Source of the DNA: Leptolyngbyaceae cyanobacterium
GTDB lineage: Bacteria; Cyanobacteriota; Cyanobacteriia; Phormidesmidales; Phormidesmidaceae
Reading direction: 5' to 3'
Assembly: GCA_965263355.1 (NCBI GenBank)
Contig: CBDHHL010000032.1
Location: forward strand, 1,984,001 to 2,048,000
Length of the DNA: 64,000 nt
A program made the position numbers and the translations under genes. The notes beneath the pieces were generated by a model, which saw only the letters and a program-made list of their open reading frames with translations, had not been told where the DNA came from and made no database searches. Of this stretch, positions 10,736-21,418 are shown one piece after another (within the stretch, counting starts at the first letter, position 1; each line of letters opens with the position of its first letter).

Positions 10736-10900
10736 ATGGCTAAAATTATCTTGATCACGGGTGCATCTTTGGGGATGGGTCTGGAGACTGCCAAGTTACT
10801 TGCTCAACAAGGTGACAAAGTGTATGCCGGAGCCAGGCGAGTTGAGCACATGGAGTCCTTAAAGTCATTGGGGATTATTCCGGTACAGATGAATATTTAG
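10736..10900 (+). pseudogene. Truncated 5' duplicate of the 8436 SDR (54 aa)
   Basis: AAGGAG RBS, then MAKIILITGASLGMGLETAKLLAQQGDKVYAGARRVEHMESLKSLGIIPVQMNI*, nearly identical to the N-terminus of 8436-9266. Confidence 0.88.
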
Positions 10901-10979
10901 CAACTACTAGCTTCATAAACGGTTGCTCATTCAGGAGCCTGTAACCAATTCTTTCAAAAACCATAAGGAGCATTTAATC

Positions 10980-11942
10980 ATGGCCAACAAAAATGTTATC
11001 TGGTGTGACGCAGAGACACTAGCCAAGGACATTAGTGGCAAAGTATACATTGTCACCGGAGCCAATTCTGGTGTCGGGTTAGAAACCACGAGACAATTGG
11101 TTAAACAAAGGGGCCATGTGGTTATGGCCTGTCGCCGGGTTAACGCTGGCGAAGAAGCCGCTCAATCCTTTCAGGGCTTAAGCGGCAGCGTTGAGGTGAT
11201 CCGGTGTGATTTAGCTGATCTGCAATCGGTGCGAGACTTTGTCGCCGATTTCTTAGCAAAATACGATCGCCTCGACGGGCTGATGTGTAATGCGGGTATG
11301 GTGTCCATGGACAATGAGCCCCAATACACTAAAGATGGATTTGAACTGACCATAGGGGTGAGTTATTTGGGGCATTTTCTGATGACAGAACTCCTGCTTG
11401 ATACTCTCAAGAAGAGTGCTCCGTCCAGGATGGCGATCATCTCATCGGTGGTCCATGCCGGAGGACCCAAGAATCGTTATCAGGTCCACCTGGATGATTT
11501 GAACTTCAAACAACGAAAGTACAGCAACTTTGGAGCCTATGGGGAAGCCAAAGTTGCCGTGGTTCAATATGCCATGGAACTGGCGGATCGGCTCAAGGGT
11601 ACGGGGGTTTCCACTGCATCGGTTCATCCCGGTTGGGCTAGATCCAATTTTGGTGGGGATGGATTGTTAATGAAAGTCATGCAGGTTGTAATGCTACCGT
11701 TCCAATCATCGCTGACTAATAGTAATGAGGAGTCTGCCCAAACCTCACTGCACTGCCTCCTTTCTGATGATGCTCCCAACCATTCTGGAGCCTATTTCAG
11801 TCAACATAGTGTGTTATATCGAGACAAGGAGTGTCGAAAAGGAGGGTGGCCAATGAAGTCCCCTAATCCCCATGCAACCGATATGGCGGCGGCGAAGAAA
11901 TTGGTGGACTTGAGCTACACATTAGTCGGGTTAAAATCTTAA
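10980..11942 (+). CDS. Retinol-dehydrogenase-like SDR oxidoreductase
   Basis: TGANSGVG, CDLADL, CNAG, YLGHFL, YGEAK, VHPG. ATG 10980 follows an AAGGAG RBS. Confidence 0.9.
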   Translation: MANKNVIWCDAETLAKDISGKVYIVTGANSGVGLETTRQLVKQRGHVVMACRRVNAGEEAAQSFQGLSGSVEVIRCDLADLQSVRDFVADFLAKYDRLDGLMCNAGMVSMDNEPQYTKDGFELTIGVSYLGHFLMTELLLDTLKKSAPSRMAIISSVVHAGGPKNRYQVHLDDLNFKQRKYSNFGAYGEAKVAVVQYAMELADRLKGTGVSTASVHPGWARSNFGGDGLLMKVMQVVMLPFQSSLTNSNEESAQTSLHCLLSDDAPNHSGAYFSQHSVLYRDKECRKGGWPMKSPNPHATDMAAAKKLVDLSYTLVGLKS

Positions 11943-11953
11943 TTGGAAAAGAT

Positions 11954-12958
11954 ATGAAAACAGTCAATCAAAAATTTGTGGTAGATACGGGTTGGCAAGT
12001 GCTTTTAAAGGATTTGGGTGTGGCTCCCCAGGATCTTCTCCGTCAAGCGAACTTACCCCTCGATCTGTTTTGTCAGCCCGACGCCGCCTTGACCGTCGCC
12101 CAGTACTTTGATTTTTGGCGAGGGTTAGAAACGCTTTTGTCAGGTGAACCTGCGTTTCCTCTGCGGGTGGCCCAATCAGTGACGGTGGAAGCCTTTAGTC
12201 CTCCTCTTTTTGCCTGCTTTTGTAGCGCCAATCTTAATATTGCCCTGCAGCGGTTGGCCCATTATAAGCCATTGATTGGGCCACTGCGACTTGATATTAC
12301 TCAAACGAAGTATCAAACTGCGATCTCATTGGGCGAATTGCCCGGACAGCCTCCTCTACCGCCATCACTGGTGGCGATGGAACTGACATTTTTTGTCCAT
12401 GTGGCCAGACTGGCCACTCGCGATCTCATCATTCCGCTCAAGGTCCACAGTACAAACCCAATTCCAGGGGCAGATAAATTTGAGGCATTCTTTGGTGTGC
12501 CCTTAACCGAGGGAGCGTGCGATGGCATGGTCTTCTCCGCTGCAGATGCCCAAAAACCATTTCTGACCTCCAATGCAGGGATGTGGTCAATTTTTGAGCC
12601 CGCGTTGCAAAAACGGATGCAGGATCTGGAAATCGATTCGAAGTTTCGCGATCGCGTTCGAGCTTGTCTGATGGAAATTCTAGCCAGCGGTCAAGTTTCG
12701 ATGGCCGATGTAGCTAAACGCTTAGCGATTAGTTCACGTACTTTACAGCGACGATTACAAGAAGAGAATACCAGCTTTAAACAAGAACTAAGTAACTTAC
12801 GATCAGAACTGGCTAACCACTACCTGGTCAATACGCCTTATTCTAGTGCTGAAATATCATTTCTGCTGGGCTATAGTGAGCCGAGTTCTTTCTTTCGAGC
12901 CTTTCATACCTGGACAGGAAAAACGCCCGATGTGATACGAGAGATGGCCCAACAGTAG
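11954..12958 (+). CDS. AraC-family transcriptional regulator (Arabinose_bd_2 type N-domain)
   Basis: C-terminal double HTH SMADVAKRLAISSRTLQRRL...EISFLLGYSEPSSFFRAFHTWTGKTP. Confidence 0.92.
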   Translation: MKTVNQKFVVDTGWQVLLKDLGVAPQDLLRQANLPLDLFCQPDAALTVAQYFDFWRGLETLLSGEPAFPLRVAQSVTVEAFSPPLFACFCSANLNIALQRLAHYKPLIGPLRLDITQTKYQTAISLGELPGQPPLPPSLVAMELTFFVHVARLATRDLIIPLKVHSTNPIPGADKFEAFFGVPLTEGACDGMVFSAADAQKPFLTSNAGMWSIFEPALQKRMQDLEIDSKFRDRVRACLMEILASGQVSMADVAKRLAISSRTLQRRLQEENTSFKQELSNLRSELANHYLVNTPYSSAEISFLLGYSEPSSFFRAFHTWTGKTPDVIREMAQQ

Positions 12959-13105
12959 TGGACTGAGGGCTGCGTAAACTTCTCAGCATCTGAAAGTAAC
13001 CAAGATGAAGACAACGGTTTCACAAAACATTAAAGACTTTCAGTGAATATACACAGAAAATAATCCTATCGCCTATTCTATAGGCTACAGACTTGGTACC
13101 CAATA

Positions 13106-16100
13106 ATGGTATTGCAAGCCCCAAACAAATCAACCAATGAAGCTTCATCCCAGTCATTTTGGGGGGTTAAGCTCCATTGGTTGATCATTATTCCATTTAT
13201 TATTCAGGTGGGCTGTTCCATTGGGTTAAGTGCCTGGCTTGCCTATCGACAGGGGCTGTCAGGCATTGAAGAACAGGCTAAGAAACTTTTAACGTCATCC
13301 AGCCTGAACATCTCTACACAATTAGAAAACTACCTATTAACACCTGAGCTGGTTACAGAAACAAACTCTCAATCGATTGAATTAGGGAATCTCAATACAG
13401 CTCTATTAAATCAGTGGGCTCCTTACCTCATTAAGCAAAGTCAGCTTTTTCCAAATCTTAATTTTATCTATTATGGCGATCAACAAGGAAACTATGTTCA
13501 TATCGACCGGCATTATCCTGATGAAGTCTTTGTAATTCGTTTCAAAGATCAAACCACTAATGGGCAATTTAAGCAGTTTGTCTATGATCTTGAGGGTAAC
13601 TTAATTCCCACGCCAGAGATTATTGAGAACAGTCTAGATCAGTCCTATGATCCTCGTCCTCGCCCCTGGTATATCAAAGCTCTGGAAGTAAATGATGCCA
13701 CATGGACAGAATCCTATAGATTTATCGATATCAAACCTAACTTTGGTATCAGCCATGTGAAGCCTATTTTCAGTTCGAGAGAAAAAGGCATTGAAGGTGT
13801 TCTTGGGGCTGACTTTTCCTTACTTGGGATCAATCAGTTTTTAGAACAACTTTCCATTGGCAAATCAGGAAAAGCCTTTATCATAGAGAATTCTGGCTCT
13901 GGAAATTTAATTGCAAGTTCCACACCCTATCCAGATATAGATAATAAACGCCCAACGGTTTGGGATATTCGTGATCCTATTATTCAGGATACTGCCAAAT
14001 TTTTAGAGTCAAGGTTTGAGGGACTGAATAATATCAATGGTTCCCGAAGCCTGAGCTTTCAAAGCCAGGCGGGTAAGCGATATCTTTTGTCCGTTGACCC
14101 CTTTCAAACCCATCGAGGTTTAGATTGGCTGATTATTGTTGCCATACCTGAATCTGATTTAACCCCTGCACTCAAAAAACAAAATCTTTACTTAGGAATT
14201 ATTTGTGTGCTTGCTTGGGTACTCACGATTTTACTAGGATGGTTAACAGCCTATATTATTGCCAAAGCCTTGCGCAAGATACAACAAGGAACGATCGAAA
14301 TTGCCCAAGGAAACTTGAGTTTAAGACTAGATAGTCAAAGACTCGAAGAAATCAATGACCTGACTCAAAGTTTTAATCTAATGAGTCAAAAATTAGTTCT
14401 TGCCAAACAAAGATCCTTCGATTCCTTCAAATTTCTACAACAAAAGGTACAAGTTACAGAAACAGAAATGCAGTCAGCTAGAGACTCCTGGCAAGTTTCA
14501 GAAAAGAACTTTAGGGCGACGTTTTTTAGTTCCCCTATCCCTATGATTATCGTCACCCTAGGGGAAAAGCGGATGATCGAAGTTAATGAGGCCTTGATTC
14601 ATGCCAGTGAGTGTGACCCATCAGACATTATTGGCAAAAGAGCTGACGATATAGAGACTTGGTCCTCCTCGGAAAAACGCCAAGAAATTTATGATTCCTT
14701 AAATGATGATGGTTATCTGAATCCTACAGAAATTCAATGGATAAGCCAGGCTGGGCAATTAAAACATATTTTGCTTTCAGCTCAAGTGATTGAGTTTAAT
14801 CAGCAACAATGTGCTCTTGTTGCAGCTAAAGATATTACCGAACAAAAGAAGACAGAACTCTCCTTGATTTCAGCAAAACAAGAGGCTCAGAAGGCAAATC
14901 AAATTAAAAGTGAGTTCTTAGCACATATGAGCCATGAGTTAAGAACGCCTCTCAATGCTATTCTGGGTTTTAGCCAACTTCTTAGCCGAGGAGTGCTCTC
15001 CCTTCAACGACAGAATGAATATCTCAGCATCATTATGCGCAATGGTGGACATTTATTAGCTTTAATTAATGATGTTCTAGACATGTCTAAGATTGAGTCA
15101 GGACATGCCACTCTAAACCAAGAGACGTTTAGTCTCACTCATTTCTTGCGCTCAATCAAAGAGACACTGGTTTTAAAGGCTAGTAAAAAAGGTGTGAGAT
15201 TTTATGTGGAGTGGGATAGCACTCTTCCTGAATTCATCAGCACAGACCAGGGCAAATTGCGACAAATTTTGTTTAATCTACTCGATAATGCAATCAAATA
15301 TACCCCTTCGGGTGAGGTTAAGTTTACGGTTCGGCCTGTAGATAAGACGTTAGATGGCTCACTAAATTCTCCAAAACCGCACACTCAAACGATATACTTC
15401 TCAGTTCAAGATACGGGACCAGGAATATCTGCAGCAGAAATACCCACACTATTTGAGCCTTTTGTCCAAACACAGACAGGTAAAATACTTCAACAGGGCA
15501 CAGGTTTAGGGTTAGCCATTAGCTATCGATTTGTTCAACTAATGGGGGGACAACTTCGAGTTAAGAGCAAAGAGGGCGAAGGAAGTCATTTCTACTTTGA
15601 GATAGAGGTACAATACTCCCAAGAGCAAACACCTATGCCAAAGGAAGCTAAAAGTGTAATTGGTCTTGCTGAGCAGTCTTCTAGATTAAAGATGCTGATC
15701 ATTGATGATCATCAAGATAGTGCTCAGTTATTGCAAGATCTGCTTATGAGCATAGGCTTTGATGTGCAAAGTACAACTAATCCTCAAGTAGGCGTTACTT
15801 TGGTTAAATCATGGCATCCTCAATTAGTTTGGATGGATATTAAAATGCCTGAAATGGACGGATTGACAGCAACAAAACAAATTAAACAGTTACAGAATGC
15901 TCCTATTGTTGTTGCCTTGACAGCTGGAGCTTTTGCCAATCAAGACAGGCAAAAGCAAGAGATTGGCTTTGATGCTTTTGTCAGTAAGCCTTTCCAGGAT
16001 AAAGATATTTTTGAAACTATTAGAAAATATTTTAAAGTGGACTACATATACCAGGAGGATACGACCGGTGATTCTGCTACTCCCAAAACAGAAATTTATA

Positions 16101-16297
16101 AGTTAACGGTTATGCCGATGACTTGGATTCAGGAACTACATGCAGCTGCAGTTCGCTTAGATACCGAAGGTCTTCGGATACTCATCTTAGAAATTCCTGA
16201 AGAACATTCTGAACTAAAAAATTATCTTCTTGATTTGCATGGGAAATTCAGATACGACAATATTATAGATCTCACCCAATCTCATCTTGAAACATGA
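13106..16297 (+). CDS. Membrane hybrid histidine kinase, dCache_1-HAMP-PAS-HisKA-HATPase-REC
   Basis: dCache YDPRPRPWY...GVLGAD, GKSGKAFII; H-box FLAHMSHELRTPLN; NLLDNAIKYT; GTGLGL; REC IIDDH...WMDIKMP...SKP. Confidence 0.93.
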   Translation: MVLQAPNKSTNEASSQSFWGVKLHWLIIIPFIIQVGCSIGLSAWLAYRQGLSGIEEQAKKLLTSSSLNISTQLENYLLTPELVTETNSQSIELGNLNTALLNQWAPYLIKQSQLFPNLNFIYYGDQQGNYVHIDRHYPDEVFVIRFKDQTTNGQFKQFVYDLEGNLIPTPEIIENSLDQSYDPRPRPWYIKALEVNDATWTESYRFIDIKPNFGISHVKPIFSSREKGIEGVLGADFSLLGINQFLEQLSIGKSGKAFIIENSGSGNLIASSTPYPDIDNKRPTVWDIRDPIIQDTAKFLESRFEGLNNINGSRSLSFQSQAGKRYLLSVDPFQTHRGLDWLIIVAIPESDLTPALKKQNLYLGIICVLAWVLTILLGWLTAYIIAKALRKIQQGTIEIAQGNLSLRLDSQRLEEINDLTQSFNLMSQKLVLAKQRSFDSFKFLQQKVQVTETEMQSARDSWQVSEKNFRATFFSSPIPMIIVTLGEKRMIEVNEALIHASECDPSDIIGKRADDIETWSSSEKRQEIYDSLNDDGYLNPTEIQWISQAGQLKHILLSAQVIEFNQQQCALVAAKDITEQKKTELSLISAKQEAQKANQIKSEFLAHMSHELRTPLNAILGFSQLLSRGVLSLQRQNEYLSIIMRNGGHLLALINDVLDMSKIESGHATLNQETFSLTHFLRSIKETLVLKASKKGVRFYVEWDSTLPEFISTDQGKLRQILFNLLDNAIKYTPSGEVKFTVRPVDKTLDGSLNSPKPHTQTIYFSVQDTGPGISAAEIPTLFEPFVQTQTGKILQQGTGLGLAISYRFVQLMGGQLRVKSKEGEGSHFYFEIEVQYSQEQTPMPKEAKSVIGLAEQSSRLKMLIIDDHQDSAQLLQDLLMSIGFDVQSTTNPQVGVTLVKSWHPQLVWMDIKMPEMDGLTATKQIKQLQNAPIVVALTAGAFANQDRQKQEIGFDAFVSKPFQDKDIFETIRKYFKVDYIYQEDTTGDSATPKTEIYKLTVMPMTWIQELHAAAVRLDTEGLRILILEIPEEHSELKNYLLDLHGKFRYDNIIDLTQSHLET

Positions 16298-16318
16298 GAT
16301 CTATATGCTAAGACTATT

Positions 16319-16457
16319 GGGTATCCACTAAAGCCGGGAAAATCTGGTTAAGTAGGAATCTAGAATCCAGAAGCCAGAATTTAGAAGGGATATGGCTTCT
16401 GGCTCCTGACTTCTGAAGTCTATCCTTAGGAAAACTTCTCGCTTTAAGTTGGTACCC
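16319..16457. mobile_element. MITE-like element, 139 bp, with 8-bp target-site duplication
   Basis: AGACTATT flanks both sides (16311-16318, 16458-16465). Imperfect TIRs GGGTATCCACTAAAGCCGGGAA / TTCTCGCTTTAAGTTGGTACCC; internal CCAGAA-type repeats in inverted orientation. Confidence 0.75.
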
Positions 16458-16559
16458 AGACTATTCGTGTTCAATCTATTAAAGAACACCTCTATTTATG
16501 CTTCTTTGGAAGAATCGAGTCTCATTTGAGTTTTGGGTTTTAGAAATGCTTACTATCTT

Positions 16560-16667
16560 ATATCAAATCCGAATTCATTAAACCCGATTAAAAATGGACA
16601 ATCCTGTAGGAGCAATCCCTTGTAGATGCCCTTCGATACCGGGCGTTATCAAACAGGATTTCGTTTA
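16560..16667. repeat. Dispersed ~110-bp REP/MITE-like repeat, copy A
   Basis: Shares the exact 26-mer AAACCCGATTAAAAATGGACAATCCT (16580-16605) with 41691-41716. Ends are TATCAAATCC...GGATTTCGT; has an internal GTAGG hairpin. Confidence 0.75.
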
Positions 16668-16713
16668 ATATCCTAATTTTTGCAATATATCCATAATCGC
16701 TCAATTATCAGGG

Positions 16714-17970
16714 CTAGGTAATGGGCAGTTTGATTGTAAACGTACTGCCTTGCTCTGCCACTGAGCTGCACTCTAATTGACCTTGATGCTGTTTGACCAG
16801 GATTTGATGGCTGATGGTTAATCCCAGACCAGGACCAAGTCCAATAGGTTTAGTTGTAAAGAAGGGATCAAAAATCTTAGGCAGGAGATCGTCTGGAATA
16901 CCAGGTCCATTGTCTTGGATATCAATACGTATCCAGTTAGAGTCTTCTAGGTAGTCAGTTCTAATGGTGATTACAGGATAAGACTGTTGAGGTTGACTAT
17001 TCTGCAGAGACTCCACAGCATTTTCTAATAGATTAAAAAATGCTTGATTTAATTGGTTTGGAAGACATTCAATCTGTGGTAATTCACCGTAGTGTTTCTG
17101 AATGTTAATGGTATTTGGTGTCTGTTGTTGTGTACCGAGAATGGTTAAGGCACTGTCTATACATTGATGGATGTCAACAAACTTTTTGCCGGATTCATCT
17201 AACCGAGAAAACTGTCTTAGAGCATCTATAATAGTTTGGATTCGATTTGCCCCTGTCGCCATTGAAGCAAGAACGTTTTCAAAGTCTCGGCTAATATAAT
17301 CGAAATCGATATCTTGAGAGATAGATTTAACCTGGGGCGAAGCCTCAGGATAGGAAGTACTATAGGCATTAATGAGGCTGAGCAAACCGTGAAAATAGTC
17401 TTGAGCAAAATCCAGGTTGCTCTTAATAAAGGTCACTGGATTATTAATCTCATGGGCAATACCGGCTACCATTTTACCCAAGGCTGATAGTTTTTCAGTT
17501 TGGATCAACTGTGTTTGGGTCTGTTTTATTGTTTCTAAGGCTTCGGTGAGTTGTTGATTTTGGGCAGCTAGTTTTTGTTGAGTTTGTTGGATAGCTAGTT
17601 GATGTTGCACCCGCGCCAAAACTTCTTCTAAGTGAAAGGGTTTGGTAATATAGTCGGCACCCCCAACGGTAAACGCTTTCTTTTTGTCAAATCCATCGTC
17701 TAAGGCGCTAATAAAAATAATCGGAATATTGGCGGTATAGGATTGTTGTTTTAACTGGATGCAAAGGTCGTAACCATTGATTTCTGGCATATTAATATCC
17801 AATAGAATGATATTAGGTAGCTGTGCATCAATGCCCATTAATGCCACCTTTGCATTGATGGCGTTACGTACATCATAGCCGCTGTCAGTCAGTGTTGTTG
17901 AGAGCAGCCTGAGATTGTCGGGGTTATCATCCACAATCAAAATATTGATTTTTTCCAGAGATGGGGACAT
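16714..17970 (-). CDS. REC-HisKA-HATPase hybrid histidine kinase (cytoplasmic)
   Basis: REC IVDD...LLDINMP...[41 protein letters not shown]. Confidence 0.93.
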   Translation of the reverse strand: MSPSLEKINILIVDDNPDNLRLLSTTLTDSGYDVRNAINAKVALMGIDAQLPNIILLDINMPEINGYDLCIQLKQQSYTANIPIIFISALDDGFDKKKAFTVGGADYITKPFHLEEVLARVQHQLAIQQTQQKLAAQNQQLTEALETIKQTQTQLIQTEKLSALGKMVAGIAHEINNPVTFIKSNLDFAQDYFHGLLSLINAYSTSYPEASPQVKSISQDIDFDYISRDFENVLASMATGANRIQTIIDALRQFSRLDESGKKFVDIHQCIDSALTILGTQQQTPNTINIQKHYGELPQIECLPNQLNQAFFNLLENAVESLQNSQPQQSYPVITIRTDYLEDSNWIRIDIQDNGPGIPDDLLPKIFDPFFTTKPIGLGPGLGLTISHQILVKQHQGQLECSSVAEQGSTFTIKLPIT

Positions 17971-18222
17971 AACTCTATTCTATGCAATCGAGTTTTGCTT
18001 ATAGAATTCCCCCGCTCCCATCTATTCAAATCATTTATATTGCCTATATTGCCGTTACAGTTAGCAGAACGTTGCTGGATACCATATCCCCTTGCCTTTT
18101 GGGTCTGTGTCAGTGGCAATTTATTTGTTAAGCATCTGAAAGGCTATATTTGACCTTCCAGATGCTTATTCTTGACTCCCCACATAGCCGAGATTTCCCG
18201 GCTTAAGTTGATGCCCATTAAG

Positions 18223-18846
18223 CTATCTTTGCAAAAAAGTGATTTTGCGTTGGTTGCGTTGAATAATGCCCTCGTCTTGTAGTTTGCGTAGTGATCGGGA
18301 AACAACCTCTGGTGTGAGACAGATTTGTTCGGCAATTGCTTTTATGGGGCAATTGAGAACGCAGGTGTTTGCGCCAGGCACCTTGAGCGTATAGAGATAG
18401 GCTAGGACACGGTCACCGGCTGAGCGTATACAGCGTACGGTCATGATATTTTTGGCGATGTGCAGCTGCTCTGTTAGCTGACCGGTAAATTCTAAGGAAA
18501 TTACAGGATCGTGTGCCAATAGGGTAAGAAAGGTTTGTTTGGGGATGGCAATTAGCTGGGAGGGTTGGGTTGCGATCGCACAGTTTGAATACACATCTTT
18601 AAACAAAGCCCTTTCCCCAAGCCAGCTACCGCTCTCCACCGCGTACTGGTGGCTCATCTGACCATTTTCCAAATAGCGAACCAGTTGGATCTTGCCAGTT
18701 TTAACACCAAAGATTTTTTCCGCTGGATCCTCCGCATAAAAAACAAACTCCCCTGTCTTAAAGGTCAAGGCATTGAACGTAAAATCGATAATCCCCTTCT
18801 CAAATAGGTGATTAAGAGCCTGAATATAGTTGTCCAAAGATTCCAT
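18223..18846 (-). CDS. Crp/Fnr-family transcriptional regulator
   Basis: cNMP-binding-like fold (GEFVF, TGKIQL, WLGERALF) and C-terminal HTH IAEQICLTPEVVSRSLRKL. Confidence 0.88.
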   Translation of the reverse strand: MESLDNYIQALNHLFEKGIIDFTFNALTFKTGEFVFYAEDPAEKIFGVKTGKIQLVRYLENGQMSHQYAVESGSWLGERALFKDVYSNCAIATQPSQLIAIPKQTFLTLLAHDPVISLEFTGQLTEQLHIAKNIMTVRCIRSAGDRVLAYLYTLKVPGANTCVLNCPIKAIAEQICLTPEVVSRSLRKLQDEGIIQRNQRKITFLQR

Positions 18847-18978
18847 TGAAAGATACTTAGACGACGATTCTGCCTAAGTTACGCGTCTAATCTAAGAACC
18901 CCCCAACAGTTACCTAAACCCAGGCTCAATTAGACTGAGCATTTACTTAAAATTTACCTTGCATCACTCATACAGGGT

Positions 18979-19989
18979 TCAATCTGCTATCAGTTCGCTG
19001 AAGGCAAACGGGATCAGGCACAAGGGCCAGACAAAATACTGTAAGAATAAAACAGAATTAAAATATAGAAAGGCCATCATCGTCATTGCAGATGCCGCAA
19101 AGATACCGACCCTTTCTTTTAGAAAACTGAGGTAGCTCAACCCCATTAACAATAACATTAGCAATTTAGCCTTTAGGCCCACAAGCCATGGGTAGTCTTT
19201 AAAGAGAATGACATCAATGGAGGGCGCACGGTCGATATGGGAATCACCTAAGCGGGTGGCAGAGAATAAAACAGACTTAAAAAAGCCATCGGCATTCCAC
19301 AGGATAAATGGCACAGACGAGACTAATGGCACACTGAGGATAATTAGCAAACCAATAATTAGGTTTTTGCCATACCTGTCCCGTTTTTTCCATAAATAGA
19401 TCAGGTACAGTGGCAATAAAAAGATGGCAATTTGTTTAATGCCTAAGGAGAGGCTAAACAACAGTAATGCTAATCGAGTTTTTTCTCTTAACAGCACTAA
19501 AGAGAGGATTAAGCAGAAAATAGCCGCAAACTCTAAATGATGGACTCGAACAATATAGATGCTCCAACGGCCCAATAAAAGAATGGTAGCAGCGACTATG
19601 CCAAAAATAATTAGCCTGCGCTTTTGAAAGTATTGCAGCGTTAGGCCGATAATCCCCATATGACACACAAAGGCGATGGGTCGCCAAAAATAGAGCCAGT
19701 CGCGATAGGTTAGAAAACCCAGCTTTTGAACCAGGGCAGATAAAAGATAGGCAATGGGAAAATAGGTGGCATATTTATCATTTTCCCTGAGATTACTGGC
19801 CAACACCCGAGCATAGGGATTTTCTCCAGCTAGAATGCGTTTGCCCTCTAACCAGATATAATATATGTCCTGCTCCTGTAGCTGGTCAGCAGGGGTTTGC
19901 CAGAAATGATAGTGAATAAAAAATCCGGCAGATGCCAGTAATAGGAAAATAAACCAAAATTGTTTATCCCATTGAGATAACCCTGACAT
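18979..19989 (-). CDS. Polytopic GT-C fold glycosyltransferase-like membrane protein (GT87/DUF2029-like)
   Basis: DIYYIW...GENPY...YATYFP first loop, many TM helices, GIKQ motif. Confidence 0.65.
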   Translation of the reverse strand: MSGLSQWDKQFWFIFLLLASAGFFIHYHFWQTPADQLQEQDIYYIWLEGKRILAGENPYARVLASNLRENDKYATYFPIAYLLSALVQKLGFLTYRDWLYFWRPIAFVCHMGIIGLTLQYFQKRRLIIFGIVAATILLLGRWSIYIVRVHHLEFAAIFCLILSLVLLREKTRLALLLFSLSLGIKQIAIFLLPLYLIYLWKKRDRYGKNLIIGLLIILSVPLVSSVPFILWNADGFFKSVLFSATRLGDSHIDRAPSIDVILFKDYPWLVGLKAKLLMLLLMGLSYLSFLKERVGIFAASAMTMMAFLYFNSVLFLQYFVWPLCLIPFAFSELIAD

Positions 19990-20083
19990 AGGCAGATGCT
20001 TTAACTAACCGTCACTGGAAATAAGGCTCCAGTATGACACTAAAATTTGAATACGACAGCTATAGCTGAGACCATCTGGCTAG

Positions 20084-21418
20084 CTAGGAGCCTTGGGTCA
20101 GGACTTTCCACAGAGTGCGGGGATGAAACAAAATGCTAGGTGATCTTGCCATATGGGCTACCTGGATAAAGTCGTTATGGATTTTTGTATCACCATTGGC
20201 GGCTAATACTACCCGATCAAAATATCCTTGTATTTTTCTGGTTAACCAGTTGGGACGTTTGCCGGTGGTCATTTCCCAGCGGAAGTCTTCTCCAGTGGCC
20301 ATCAGCCAGGGAAGTGCTATGGTTTTAGACAATTTTCGCTGGAACCGTAGCGAAAATTCACTGTTTAAGTTGGTTTTAGCACCGGAGTGGCGGCGGCTGT
20401 GGGCATGTAAACAGTTGCCCAACAGGATAGCCCCCAGACTGGCTACGGTCATGCCCTGGCCATAGCTGGGGTTAAAGGCGCAGGCGGCATCCCCTAGAGT
20501 GACTAGCCCGGCGGGCATTGCTTTGAGTTTTTCATAGTGACGCAGACAGTTACTCGTACCGCGATAGCAGTGAATTGGGCTCAAGGGTTTAGCCTGCTGG
20601 ATAACCGTGTAGATAGCGGGGTCTCGTAGGCTTTTAGCGAAGTCTAGAAATTCATTTTCTTGGTTGCCAGGATAGTCTTTTTCAAAGCCACTGAGGGTAA
20701 GCACAAAGCGATTGTTTTCCACTGGATAAATTACACCCCCTCGGCGGGTGTGGCCTGGCTTACTGGCAATGATTATTCCCTCAATGGCGTTCTCTGGGGG
20801 ATAGCTATACCAGCGGGAGGCATAGCCTAAAAATGAGTTGACCTCGGTGGTTTCAATGGGGCCATACCCCAAGTCCATTAACCAGTCTGGCAGTTGAGAA
20901 CGGCGACCTGAGGCATCTATTACCAGGTCTGCCTGTAGGGGAGTGTTGCTACCCGTCGTTTTGCTATTGATGACCACTCCAGTAATGCGGTTGTGGTTAC
21001 CAATTAGGGATTTGGCTTGGGTTTGGTCTTTAAGATTAAAGCCTGGTTGCAGTAATAGTTGCTGCCGCAGATACCATTCCAACAGCAGTCGACTGCAAAT
21101 CAAGCCTTTTAGGTTAGATTTGTGTTGGGGCATCCAGGCCCACATGGTAAGAAATTTCCAGTCGTTGGTCCAGTCGAGAACTTGAGCACCAAGAACAGTG
21201 AGGTCAGTGGTGAGGTTGGGAAAGAGCGACTCTACCAGGTGATATCCGTGGAGGAGGAGGGCGTGAACATGCTGGGCCTGGGGTACACCGGGCCGGATGT
21301 CGGGGCCATCGGGCAGTTGATCCTGCTCCAGCAGGGTAACCTGGTCGAAATGGTCGAGCAGGACTCGGGCGGTCAGGAGACCAGCGATGCTGCCGCCGAT
21401 GACGATAGCTTGGGACAT
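20084..21418 (-). CDS. FAD-dependent oxidoreductase/monooxygenase
   Basis: GGSIAGL Rossmann, ADLVIDASGR, LGDAACAFNPSYGQGM. Confidence 0.85.
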   Translation of the reverse strand: MSQAIVIGGSIAGLLTARVLLDHFDQVTLLEQDQLPDGPDIRPGVPQAQHVHALLLHGYHLVESLFPNLTTDLTVLGAQVLDWTNDWKFLTMWAWMPQHKSNLKGLICSRLLLEWYLRQQLLLQPGFNLKDQTQAKSLIGNHNRITGVVINSKTTGSNTPLQADLVIDASGRRSQLPDWLMDLGYGPIETTEVNSFLGYASRWYSYPPENAIEGIIIASKPGHTRRGGVIYPVENNRFVLTLSGFEKDYPGNQENEFLDFAKSLRDPAIYTVIQQAKPLSPIHCYRGTSNCLRHYEKLKAMPAGLVTLGDAACAFNPSYGQGMTVASLGAILLGNCLHAHSRRHSGAKTNLNSEFSLRFQRKLSKTIALPWLMATGEDFRWEMTTGKRPNWLTRKIQGYFDRVVLAANGDTKIHNDFIQVAHMARSPSILFHPRTLWKVLTQGS

